In this document: positions 1 to 13,300 of the stretch, one piece after another
Layout: every line of letters starts with the position of its first letter
How positions within the stretch are numbered: the first letter of the stretch is position 1
Assembly (NCBI RefSeq): GCF_009914755.1
Contig: NC_060935.1
Reading direction: 5' to 3' (one strand)
From: the human T2T-CHM13v2.0 reference genome, Homo sapiens
Length of the DNA: 64,000 bases
Notes under the pieces: model-generated
Told to the model about the DNA's origin: nothing
Database searches by the model: none
Seen by the model: only the letters and a program-made list of their open reading frames with translations
Position numbers and translations under genes: made by a program

Positions 1-3000
1 AACACTCTTTCTGTCGAATCTGCAAGTGGAGATTTGGACCGCTTTGAGGCCTATGGTAGTAAAGGGAAGAACTTCATATAAGAACTAGACAGTAGCACTC
101 TCAGAAAATTCTTTGTGACGATGGAGTTTAACTCAGAGAGCTGAACATTCGTTTTGATGGAGCAGTCTCCAAACACACTTTTGGTAGAATCTGCAAGTGG
201 AAATTTGGACTTCTCCGAGGATTTCGTTGGAAAGGGGATAAACTTCCCAGAAGTAATCGGAGGCATTCTCCGAAACTTCTTTGTGATGTTTGCATTCAAC
301 TCACAGGGTTGAACATTCCTTTCATAGTTCAGCGTTCAAACACTCTTTCTGTAGAATCTGCAAGTGGATATTTGCACCACTTTGTGGCCTTCCTTCGAAA
401 CGGGTATATCTTCACATCAAACCTAGACAGAAGCATTCTCAGAATGTTTCCTGTGAGGACTGCATTCAACTCACAGAGTTGAACAATCCTGTTGACAGAG
501 CAGTTTCGAAACTCCCTTTCCTTGGAATCTGCAAGTGGATATGTGGACCTCTTTGAAGTTTTCGTTGGAAACGGGTTCATCTTCACATAAAAACTAAACA
601 GAAGCATTCTCAGAAACTACTTTGTGATGTTTGTGTTCAACTTCCGGAATTGAACTTTCCTCTGGAAAGAGCAGCTATGAAACGCTCTTTTTCTAGAATG
701 TGCAAGTGGACATTTGGAGGGCTTTGAGGCCTGCGTTGGAAAGGGAAATATCTTCACATGAAAACTAGATAGAAGCATTCTCAGAAACCACTTTGGGATG
801 ACTGCATCGGACTCACAGAGTTGGACATTCCTATGGATAGAACAGTTTGTAAACACTCTTTTTGTAGAATCTGCAATTGGAGATTTGGACGGCTTTGAGA
901 CCTACGGAAGTAAAGGAAATAACTTCACATAAAAACCAAACGGAAGCATTCACAGAAAATTCTTTGCGATGATTGTATTTAACTGAGAGAGCTGAACATT
1001 CCTTTAGATGGAGCAGTTTCCAAACACACTTTTTGTAGGATCTGCAGGTGGATATTCGGACCTCTCTGAGGATTGCGTTGGAAACGGGATAAACTTCCCA
1101 GAACTACACGGAAGCATTCTCCGAAACTTCTTTCTGATGTTTGCATACAACTCACAGAGTTCAACCTTCCTTTCATAGTTCAGCTTTGAGACAGTCTTTT
1201 GGTAGAATCTGCAGGTGGATATTTGGACCACTGTGAGGCCTTCGTTCGAAATGGGTACACCTTCACGTAAAAACTCAAGAGGAGCATTCTCAGAAACTTC
1301 TGTGTGATGATTGCATTCAGGTCACAGAGTTGAACCCTCCATTTGATTGAGCAGTATGGAAACTCTCTTTTTGTAGAATCTGTAAGAGGATATGCGGACT
1401 TCTTTGAAGATTTCTTTGGAAACGGGAATATCTTCACAGAAAAACTATACTGAAGCATTCTCACAAACTTCTTTGTGATGTTTGTGTTCGAGTCACACAG
1501 TTTAACCTCGCTTTTCACAGAGCGGTTTTGAGACACTCCTTTCGTAGAATCTGCAAGTGGACATGTGGAGCGCTTCCAGGCCTGTGGTGGAAAAGGAAAC
1601 ATCTTCACATAAGAACTAGAGAGAAGTATTGTCAGAAACTTCTTTGTGATGATTGCATTCAACTCACAGAGTTGAAGATTCCGTTTGAAACAGCAGTTTC
1701 GAAACACTCTTTCTGTGGGATCGGCCCGTGGATATTTGGGCCTCTTCGAAGATTTCGTTGGAAATGGGATAAACTTCACATAAAAGCTAAACCGAAGCAT
1801 TCTCAGAAACTTCTTTGTGATGTTTGCATTCACCTCACAGAGTCGAACTTTCCCTCTGATACAGCACCTTTGAAACGCTCGTTTTCTAGAATCTGCAGGT
1901 GGACATTTGGAGGGCTTTGTGGGCTGTGGTGGAAAAGGAAATATCTTCTCATAAAAACGACATAGAAGCACTCTCAGAAACGACTCTGTGATGATAGCAT
2001 TCAACTCACAGAGTTGGACATTCATTCCTTTTGAGAGAGCAGTTTGGAAACACTCTTTCTGTCGAATCTGCAAGTGGAGATTTGGACCGCTTTGAGGCCT
2101 ATGGTAGTAAAGGGAAGAACTTCATATAAGGACTAGACAGTAGCACTCTCAGAAAATTCTTTGTGACGATGGAGTTTAACTCAGAGAGCTGAACATTCGT
2201 TTTGATGGAGCAGTCTCCAAACACACTTTTGGTAGAATCTGCAAGTGGAAATTTGGACTTCTCCGAGGATTTCGTTGGAAAGGGGATAAACTTCCCAGAA
2301 GTAATCGGAGGCATTCTCCGAAACTTCTTTGTGATGTTTGCATTCAACTCACAGGGTTGAACCTTCCTTTCATAGTTCAGCGTTCAAACACTCTTTCTGT
2401 AGAATCTGCAAGTGGATATTTGCACCACTTTGTGGCCTTCCTTCGAAACAGGTATATCTTCACATCAAACCTAGACAGAAGCATTCTCAGAATGTTTCCT
2501 GTGAGGACTGCATTCAACTCACAGAGTTGAACAATCCTGTTGACGGAGCAGTTTCGAAACTCCCTTTCTTTGGAATCTGCAAGTGGATATGTGGACCTCT
2601 TTGAAGATTTCGTTGGAAACGGGTTCATCTTCACATAAAAACTAAACAGAAGCATTCTCAGAAACTACTTTTTGATGTTTGTGTTCAACTTCCGGAATTG
2701 AACTTTCCTCTGGAAAGAGCAGCTACGAAACGCTCTTTTTCTAGAATGTGAAAGTGGACATTTGGAGGGCTTTGAGGCCTGTGGTGGAAAGGGAAATATC
2801 TTCACATGAAAACTAGATAGAAGCATTCTCAGAAACCACTTTGTGATGATTGCATCGGACTCACAGAGTTGGACATTCCTATGGATAGAACAGTTTGTAA
2901 ACACTCTTTTTGTAGAATCTCCAATCGGAGATTTGGACGGCTTTGAGACCTACGGAAGTAAAGGAAATAACTTCACATAAAAACCAAACTGAAGCATTCA

Positions 3001-6000
3001 CAGAAAATTCTTTGCGATGATTGTATTTAACTGAGAGAGCTGAACATTCCTTTAGATGGAGCAGATTCCAAACACACTTTTTGTAGGATCTGCAGGTGGA
3101 TATTCGGACCTCTCTGAGGATTGCGTTGGAAATGGGATAACCTTCCGAGAACTACACGGAAGCATTCTCCGAAACTTCTTTGTGATGTTTGCATACAACT
3201 CACAGAGTTGAACCTTCCTTTCATAGTTCAGCTTTGAGACAGTCTTTTGGTAGAATCTGCAGGTGGATATTTGGACCACTGTGAGGCCTTCGTTCGAAAC
3301 GGGTATACCTTCACGTAAAAACTCAAGAGAAGCATTCTCAGAAACTTCTATGTGATGATTGCATTCAGGTCACAGAGTTGAAACCTCCATTTGATTGAGC
3401 AGTTTGGAAACTCTCTTTTTGTAGAATCTGTAAAAGGATATGCGGACTTCTTTGAAGATTTCTTTGGAAACGGGAATATCTTCACAGAAAAACTAAACTG
3501 AAGCATTCTCACAAACTTCTTTGTGATGTTTGTGTTCGAGTCACACAGTTTAACCTCGCTTTTCACAGAGCGGTTTTGAGACACTCCTTTCGTAGAATCT
3601 GCAAGTGGACATGTGGAGCGCTTCCAGGCCTGTGGTGGAAAAGGAAACATCTTCACATAAGAACTAGAGAGAAGCATTGTCAGAAACTTCTTTGTGGTGA
3701 TTGCATTCAACTCACAGAGTTGAAGATTCCGTTTGAAACAGCAGTTTCGAAACAGTCTTTCTGTGGGATCGGCCCGTGGATATTTGGACCTCTTCGAAGA
3801 TTTCGTTGGAAATGGGATAAACTTCACATAAAAGCTAAACCGAAGCATTCTCAGAAACTTCTTTGGATTGTTTGCATTCACCTCACAGAGTCGAACTTTC
3901 CCTCTGATACAGCACCTTTGAAACGCTCGTTTTCTAGAATCTGCAGGTGGACATTTGGAGGGCTTTGTGGACTGTGGTGGAAAAGGAAATATCTTCTCAT
4001 AAAAACGACATAGAAGCACTCTCAGAAACGACTCTGTGATGATAGCATTCAACTCACAGAGTTGGACATTCATTCCTTTTGAGAGAGCAGTTTGGAAACA
4101 CTCTTTCTGTCGAATCTGCAAGTGGAGATTTGGACCGCTTTGAGGCCTATGGTAGTAAAGGGAAGAACTTCATATAAGAACTAGACAGTAGCACTCTCAG
4201 AAAATTCTTTGTGACGATGGAGTTTAACTCAGAGAGCTGAACATTCGTTTTGATGGAGCAGTCTCCAAACACACTTTTGGTAGAATCTGCAAGTGGAAAT
4301 TTGGACTTCTCCGAGGATTTAGTTGGAAAGGGGATAAACTTCCCAGAAGTAATCGGAGGCATTCTCCGAAACTTCTTTGTGATGTTTGCATTCAACTCAC
4401 AGGGTTGAACATTCCTTTCATAGTTCAGCGTTCAAACACTCTTTCTGTAGAATCTGCAAGTGGATATTTGCACCACTTTGTGGCCTTCCTTCGAAACGGG
4501 TACATCTTCACATCAAACCTAGACAGAAGCATTCTCAGAATGTTTCCTGTGAGGACTGCATTCAACTCACAGAGTTGAACAATCCTGTTGATGGAGCAGT
4601 TTCGAAACTCCCTTTCTTTGGAATCTGCAAGTGGATATGTGGACCTCTTTGAAGATTTCGTTGGAAACGGGATAAACTTCACATAAAAGCTAAACCGAAG
4701 CATTCTCAGAAACTACTTTGTGATGTTTGTGTTCAACTTCCGGAATTGAACTTTCCTCTGGAAAGAGCAGCTATGAAACGCTCTTTTTCTAGAATGTGCA
4801 AGTGGACATTTGGAGGGCTTTGAGGCCTGCGGTGGAAAGGGAAATATCTTCACATGAAAACTAGATAGAAGCATTCTCAGAAACCACTTTGGGATGACTG
4901 CATCGGACTCACAGAGTTGGACATTCCTATGGATAGAACAGTTTGTAAACACTCTTTTTGTAGAATCTGCAATTGGAGATTTGGACGGCTTTGAGACCTA
5001 CGGAAGTAAAGGAAATAACTTCACATAAAAACCAAACGGAAGCATTCACAGAAAATTCTTTGCGATGATTGTATTTAACTGAGAGAGCTGAACATTCCTT
5101 TAGATGGAGCAGTTTCCAAACACACTTTTTGTAGTATCTGCAGGTGGATATTCGGACCTCTCTGAGGATTGCGTTGGAAATGGGATAATCTTCCCAGAAC
5201 TACACGGAAGCATTCTCCGAAATTTCTTTGTGATGTTTGCATACAACTCACAGAGTTGAACCTTCCTTTCATAGTTCAGCTTTGAGACACTCTTTTGGTA
5301 GAATCTGCAGGTGGATATTTGGACCACTGTGAGGCCTTCCTTCGAAACGGTTATACCTTCACGTAAAAACTCAAGAGAAGCATTCTCAGAAACTTCTGTG
5401 TGATGATTGCATTCACGTCACAGAGTTGAACCCTCTATTTGATTGAGCAGTTTGGAAACTCTCTTTTTGTAGAATCTGTAAGAGGATATGCGGAATTCTT
5501 TGAAGATTTCTTTGGAAACGGGAATAACTTGACAGAAAACTAAACTGAAGCATTCTCACAAACTTCTTTGTGATGTTTGTGTTCGAGTCACACAGTTTAA
5601 CCTCGCTTTTCACAGAGCGGTTTTGAGACACTCCTTTCGTAGAATCTGCAAGTGGACATGTGGAACGCTTCCAGGCCTGTGGTGGAAAAGGAAACATCTT
5701 CACATAAGAAGTAGAGAGAAGCATTGTCAGAAACTTGTTTGTGATGATTGCATTCAACTCACAGAGTTGAAGATTCCGTTTGAAACAGCAGTTTCGAAAC
5801 ACTCTTTCTGTGGGATCGGCCAGTGGATATTTGGACCTCTTTGAAGATTTCGTTGGAAATGGGATAAACTACACATAAAAGCTAAACCGAAGCATTCTCA
5901 GAAACTTCTTTGTGATGTTTGCATTCACCTCACAGAGTCGAACTTTCCCTCTGACACAGCACCTTTGAAACGCTCGTTTTCTAGAATCTGCAGGTGGACA

Positions 6001-7385
6001 TTTGGAGCGCTTTGTGGACTGTGGTGGAAAAGGGAATATCTTCTCATAAAAACTACATAGAAGCACTCTCAGAAACGACTCTGAGATGATAGCACTCAAC
6101 TGACACAGTTGGACATTCATTCCTTTTGAGAGAGCAGTTTGGAAACACTCATTCTGTCGAATCTGCAAGTGGAGATTTGGACCGCTTTGAGGCCTATGGT
6201 AGTAAAGGGAAGAACTTCATATAAGAACTAGACAGTAGCACTCTCAGAAAATTCTTTGTGACGATGGAGTTTAACTCAGAGAGCTGAACATTCGTTTTGA
6301 TGGAGCAGTTTCCAAACACACTTTTGGTAGAATCTGCAAGTGGAAATTTGGACTTCTCTGAGGATTTCGTTGGAAAGGGGATAAACTTCCCAGAAGTAAT
6401 CGGAGGCATTCTCCGAAACTTCTTTGTGATGTTTGCATTCAACTCACAGGGTTGAACCTTCCTTTCATAGTTCAGCTTTCAAACACTCTTTCTGAAGAAT
6501 CTGCAAGTGGATATTTGCACCACTTTGTGGCCTTCCTTCGAAACGGGTATATCTTCACTTCAAACCTAGACAGAAGCATTCTCAGAATGTTTCCTGTGAG
6601 GACTGCATTCAACTCACAGAGTTGAACAATCCTGTTAATGGAGCAGTTTTGAAACTCCCTTTCTTTGGAATCTGCAAGTGGATATGTGATCCTCTTTGAA
6701 GATTTCGTTGGAAACGGGTTCATCTTCACAAAAAAACTAAACAGAAGCATTCTCAGAAACTACTTTGTGATGTTTGTGTTCAACTTCCGGAATTGAACTT
6801 TCCTCTGGAAAGAGCAGCTATGAAACGCTCTTTTTTTAGAATGAGCAAGTGGACATTTGGAGGGCTTTGAGGCCTGCGGTGGAAAGGGAAATATCTTCAT
6901 ATGAAAACTAGATAGAAGCATTCTCAGAAACCACTTTGTGATGATTGCACCGGACTCACAGAGTTGGACATTCCTATGGATAGAACAGTTTGTAAACACT
7001 CTTTTTGTAGAATCTGCAATTGGAGATTTGGACGGCTTTGAGACCTACGGAAGTAAAGGAAATAACTTCACATAAAAACCAAACTGAAGCATTCACAGAA
7101 AATTCTTTGCGATGATTGTATTTAACTGAGAGAGCTGAACATTCCTTTAGAAGGAGCAGTTTCCAAACACACTTTTTGTAGGATCTGCAGGTGGATATTC
7201 GGACCTCTCTGAGGATTGCGTTGGAAACCGGATAAACTTCCCAGAACTACAAGGAAGCATTCTCCGAAACTTCTTTGTGATGTTTGCATAAAACTCACAG
7301 TGTTGAACCTTCCTTTCATAGTTCAGCTTTGAGACAGTATTTTGTCAGAATCTGCAGGTGGATATTTGGACCACTGTGAGGCCTT
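1..7385 (+). repeat. 12-mer alpha-satellite HOR (2048 bp), left block, ~3.6 copies
   Basis: Signature CAGTAGCACTCTCAGAAAATTC recurs with monomer starts at 96, 2144, 4192, 6239. Monomer lengths 168,170,171,171,171,168,170,171,171,171,171,175 sum to 2048. The ORF track repeats with the same period. Confidence 0.97.
4656..4672 (+). promoter_or_regulatory. CENP-B box, full consensus (example)
   Basis: TTTCGTTGGAAACGGGA matches YTTCGTTGGAARCGGGA. Confidence 0.85.
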
Positions 7386-10300
7386 CCTTCGAAACGGGTA
7401 TATCTTCACATCAAACCTAGACAGAAGCATTCTCAGAATATTTCCTGTGATGACTGCATTCAACCCACAGAGGTGAACAATCCTGTTGATGGAGCAGGTT
7501 TGAAACTCTCTTTCTTTGGAATCTGCAAGTGGATGTGTGGACCTCTTTGAAGATTTCGTTGGAAACGGGTTCATCTTCAAAGAAAAACTAAACAGAAGCA
7601 TTCTCAGAAACTACTTTGTGATGTTTGTGTTCAACTTGCAGAGTTGAACTTTCCTCTTGACAGAGCAGCTATGAAACATTGCTTTTCTTGAATCTGCAAC
7701 TGGACATTTGGAGGGCTTTGAGGCCTGTGGCGGAAACGTAAATATCTGCATATAAAAAAGAGATAGAAGCATTCTGAGTATCTAATTTATGATGATTGCA
7801 TTCGACTCACAGAGATGAACCTTCCAATGGATAGCACAGTTTGTGAACAGTCTTTTTGTAGAATCTGTGATTGCTGATTTGGACTGCATTGAGGCCTACG
7901 GTACTAAAGGAAATAACTTCATCTAAAAACCAAACGGAAGCATTCACAGAAAATTCTTTGTGATGATTGGATTGAACTCAGAGAGCTGAACATTCCTTTA
8001 GATGGAGCAGTTTCCAAATACAATTTCTGTAGAATCTGCAAGTGGATATTTGGACGTCTCTGAGGATTTCGTTGGAAACGGGATAAACTTCCCAGAACTA
8101 CACGGAAGCATTCTCAGAATCTTCTTTGTGATGTTTGCATTCAACTCACAGAGTTGAACCTTCCTTTCATATTTCAGCTTTCAAACACTGTATTTGTAGA
8201 ATCTGCAAGTGGATATTTGGACCAATTTCGGGCCTTCCTTCGAAACGGGTATATCTTCACATCAAACCTAGACAGAAGCATTCTCAGAATGTTTCCTGTG
8301 ATGAGTGCATTCAAAGCACAGAGGTGAACAATCCTGCTGATGGAGCAGTTTTGAAACTCTCTTTCTTTGGAATCTGCAAGTGGATATGTGGACCTCTTTG
8401 AAGATTTCCTTGGAAACGGTTTCATCTTCACCTAAAAACTAAACGGAAACATTCTCAGAAACTGCTTTGTGACGTTTGTGTTCCACTTCAAGAATTGAAC
8501 TTTCCTCTTGACAGAGCAGCTCTGAAATCCTCTTTTTCTAGAATCTGCAAGTGGACATTTGGAGGGATTTGAGGCCTGTGGTGGAAAAGGAAATATCTTC
8601 ACATAAAACCTAGATAGAAGCATTCTCAGAAACTAGTTTGTGATGATTGCATTCGAGTCACAGAGTTGAACATTCCTATAGATAGAGCAGGTTGTAAACA
8701 ATCTTTTTGTAGAATCTGCGATTGGAGATTTTGACTGCTTTGAGGTCTACTCTAGTAAAGGAAATAACTTCTTCTAAAAACAAAACGGAAGCATTCACAG
8801 ACAATTCTTAGTGACGATTGGATTGAACTAAGAGAGCTGAACATTCCTTTAGATGGCGCAGTTTCCAAACACACTTTCTGTAGAATCTGCAACTGGATAT
8901 TTGGACCTCTCTGAGGATTTCGTTGGAAACGGGATAAACTTCCCAGAACTACACGGAAATATTGTCAGAATCTTCTTTGTGATGTCTGCATTCAACTCAC
9001 AGAGTTGAACCTTGCTTTCATAGTTCAGCTTTCAAACACTCTATTTGTAGAATCTGCAAGTGGATATTTGGACCACTTTGTGGCATTCCTTCGAAACGGG
9101 TATATCTTCACATCAAACCTAGACAGAAGCATTCTCAGAATGTTTCCTGTGATGACTGCATTCAACTCACAGAGGTGAACAATCCTGCTGATGGAGCAGT
9201 TTTGAAACTCTCTTTCTTTGGATTCTGCAAGTGGATATGTGGACCTCTTTGAAGATTTCATTGGAAAAGTGTTCATCTTCACATAAAAACTAAACAGAAG
9301 CATTCTCAGAAACTGCTTTGTGGTGTTTGTGTTCCACTCCAAGTATTGAACTTTCCTCTTGACAGAGCAGCTCTGAAACCCTCTTTTTCTAGAATCTGCC
9401 AGTGGACATTTGTTGGGCTTTGAGGCCTGTGGTGGAAAAGGAAATATCTTCACATAAAAACTAGATGGAAGCATTCTCAGAAACTACTTTGTGATGATTG
9501 CATTCGACTCACAGAGTTGAAAATTCCTATAGATAGAGCAGGTTGTAAACAATCTTTTTGTAGAATCTGCGATTGGAGATTTGGACTGCTTTGAGGCCTA
9601 CTGTAGTAAAGGAAATAACTTCATCTAAAAACCAAACGGAAGCATTCACAGACAATTCTTAGTGATCATTGGATTGAACTAAGAGAGCTGAACACTCCTT
9701 TAGATGGCGCAGTTTCCAAACACACTTTCTGTAGAATCTGCAACTGGATATTTTGTCCTCTCTGAGGATTTCGTTGGAAACGGGATAAAATTCCCAGAAC
9801 TACACGGAAGCATTCTGAGAAACTTCTTTGTCACGTTTGCATTCAACTCACAGAGTTGAACCTTGCTTTCATAGTTCAGCTTTCAAACACTCTTTTTGTA
9901 GAATCTGCATGTGGATATTTGGACCACTTTGTGGCCTTCCTTCGAAACGGTTATATCTTCACATCAAACCTAGACAGAAGCATTCTCAGAATGTTTCCTG
10001 TGATGACTGCATTCAACTCACAGAGTTGAACAATCCTGTTGATGGAGCAGTTTTGAAACTCTCTTTCTTTGGAATCTGCAAGAGGATTTGTGGACCTCTT
10101 TGAAGAATTCGTTGGAAACGGGTTCATCTTCACAGAAAAACTAAACAGAAGCATTCTCAGAAACTACTTTATGATGTTTGTGTTCAACTTGCAGAGTTGA
10201 ACTTTCCTCTTGACAGAGCAGCTATGAAACATTGCTTTTCTTGAATCTGCATGTGGACATTTGGAGGGCTTTGAGGCCTGTGGCGGAAACGTAAATATCT

Positions 10301-13300
10301 GCATATAAAAATTAGATAGAAGCATTCTGAGAATCTACTTTATGGTGATTGCATTCGACTCACAGAGTTGAACCTTCCAATGGATAGAGCAGTTTGTAAA
10401 CACTCTTTTTGTAGAATCTGTGATTGCTGATTTGGACTGCATTGAGGCCTACGGTACTAAAGGAAATGACTTCATCTAAAATCCAAACGGAAGCATTCAC
10501 AGAAAATTCTTTGTGATGATTGGATTGAACTAAGGGAGCTGAACATTCCTTTAGATGGCGCAGTTTCCAAACACACTTTCTGTAGAATCTACAAGTGGAT
10601 ATTTGGACCTCTCCGAGGATTTCGTTGGAAATGGGATAAGCTTCCCAGAACTACACGGAAGCATTGTCAGAAACATCTTTGTGATGTTGGCATTCAACTC
10701 ACAGAGTTGAACCTTGCTTTCATAGTTCAGCTTTCAAACACTGTATTTGTAGAATCTGCAAGTGGATATTTGGACCACTTTGTGGTATTCCTTCGAAACA
10801 GGTACATCTTTACATCAAACCTAGACAGAATCATTCTCAGAATGTTTCCAATGACGACTGCATTCAACTCACAGAGGTGAACAATCCTGTTGATGGAGCA
10901 GTTTTGAAACTCTCTTTCTTTGGATTTTGCAAGTGGATATTTGGACTTCTTTGAAGATTTCGTTGGAAACGGGTTCATCTTCACAGAAAAACTAAACAGA
11001 ATCATTATCAGAAAATACTTCGTGATGTTTGTGTTCAACTTGCAGAGTTGAACTTTCCTCTTGACAGAGCAGCCATGAAACATTGCTTTTCTTGAATCTG
11101 CAAGTGGACATTTGGAGGGCTTTGAGGCCTGTGGCGGAAACGTAAATATCTGCATATAAAAACTAGATAGAAGGATTCTGAGAATCTACTTTGTGATGAT
11201 TGCATTCGACTCACAGACTTGAAACATCCAATGGATAGAGCGGTTAGTAAACACTCTTTTTCTAGAATCTGTGATTGCTGATTTGGACTGCATTGGGGCC
11301 TACGGTACTAAAGGAAATAACTTCATCTAAAAACCAAACGGAAGCATTCACAGAAAATTCTTTGTGATGATTGGATTGAACACAGAGAGCTGAACATTCC
11401 TTTCGATGGAGCAGTTTGCAAACACAATTTCTGTAGAATCTGCAAGTGGATATTTGGACCTCTCTGAGGATTTCATTGGAAATGGTATAAACTTCCCAGA
11501 ACTACACGGAAGCATTGTCAGAAACATCTTTGTGATGTTTGCATTGAACTCACAGAGTTGAACCTTGCTTTCATAGTTCAGCTTTCAAACACTGTATTTG
11601 TACAATCTGCAAGTGGATATTTGGACCACTTTGTGGCATTCCTTCGAAACGGGTACATCTTTACATCAAACCGACACAGAAGCATTCTCAGAATGTTTCC
11701 TGTGACGACTGCATTCAACTCACAGAGGTGAATAATCCTGTTGATAGAGCAGTTTTGAAACTCTCTTTCTTTGGAATCTGCAAGTGGATATTTGGACTTC
11801 TTTGAAGATTTCGTTGGAAACGGGTTCATCTTCACATAAAAACTAAACAGAAGCATTCTCAGAAACTGCTTTGTGATGTTTGTGTTCCACTTCAAGAATT
11901 CAACTTTCCTCTTGATAGAGCAGCTCTGAAACCCTCTTTTTCTAGAATCTGCAAGTGGACATTTGGAGGGCTTTGAGGCCTGTGGTGGAAAAGGAAATAT
12001 CTTCACATAAAAACTAGATGGAAGCATTCTCAGAAACTACTTTGTGATGATTGCATTCGACTCACAGAGTTGAACATTCCTATATATAGAGCAGGTTGTA
12101 AACAATCTTTTTGTAGAATCTGCGATTGGAGATTTGGACTGCTTTGAGGCCTACTGTAGTAAAGGAAATAACTTCATCTAAAAACCAAACGGAAGAATTC
12201 ACAGACAATTCTTAGTGATCATTGGATTGAACTAAGAGAGCTGAACATTCCGTTAGATGGCGCAGTTTCCAAACACACTTTCTGTAGAATCTGCAAGTGG
12301 ATATTTGGACCTCTCTGAGGATTTCGTTGGAAACGGGATAAACTTCCCAGAACTACACGGAAGAATTCTCAGAAACTTCTTTGTGATGTTTGCATTCAAC
12401 TCACAGAGTTGAACGTTGCTTTCATCTTCAGCTTTCAAACACTCTTTTTGTAGAATCTGCAAGTGGATATTTGGACCACTTTGTGGCCTTCCTTCGAAAC
12501 GGGTATATCTTCACATCAAACCTAGACAGAAGCATTCTCAGAATGTTTCCTGTGATGACTGCATTCAACTCACACAGGTGAACAATCCTGTTGATGGAGC
12601 AGTTTTGAAACACTCTTTCTTCGGAATCTGCAAGTGGATGTGTGGACCTCTTTGAAGATTTCGTTGGAAACGGGTTCATCTTCACAGAAAAACTAAACAG
12701 AAGCATTCTCAGAAACTACTTTATGATGTTTGTGTTCAACTTGCAGAGTTGAACTTTCCTCTTGACAGAGCAGCTATGAAACATTGCTTTTCTTGAATCT
12801 GCAAGTGGACATTTGGAGGGCTTTGAGGCCTGTGGCAGAAACGTAAATATCTGCATATAAAAACTAGATAGAAGCATTCTGAGAATCTACTTTATGATGA
12901 TTGCCTACGACTCACAGAGTTGAACCTTCCAATGAATAGCGCGGTTTGTAAACAGGCTTTTTGTAGAATCTGTGATTGCTGATTTGGACTGCATTGAGGC
13001 CTACGGTACTAAAGGAAATAACTTCATCTAAAAACCAAACGGAAGTATTCACAGAAAATTCTTTGTGATGATTGGATTGAACTCAGAGAGCTGAACATTC
13101 CTTTAGATGGAGCAGTTTCCAAACACAATTTCTGTGGAATCTGCAAGTGGATATTTGGACCTCTCTGAGGATTTCGTTGGAAATGGGATAAACTTCCCAG
13201 AACTACACGGAAGCATTCTCAGAAACTTCTTTGTCACGTTTGCATTCAACTCACAGAGTTGAACCTTCCTTTCATAGTTCAGCTTTCAAACACTGTATTT

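Noticed and set aside
2019-2027. CATTCATTC as an HSat2/3 seed
   Set aside because: It is only a 4-bp slippage duplication, with no (CATTC)n tract.
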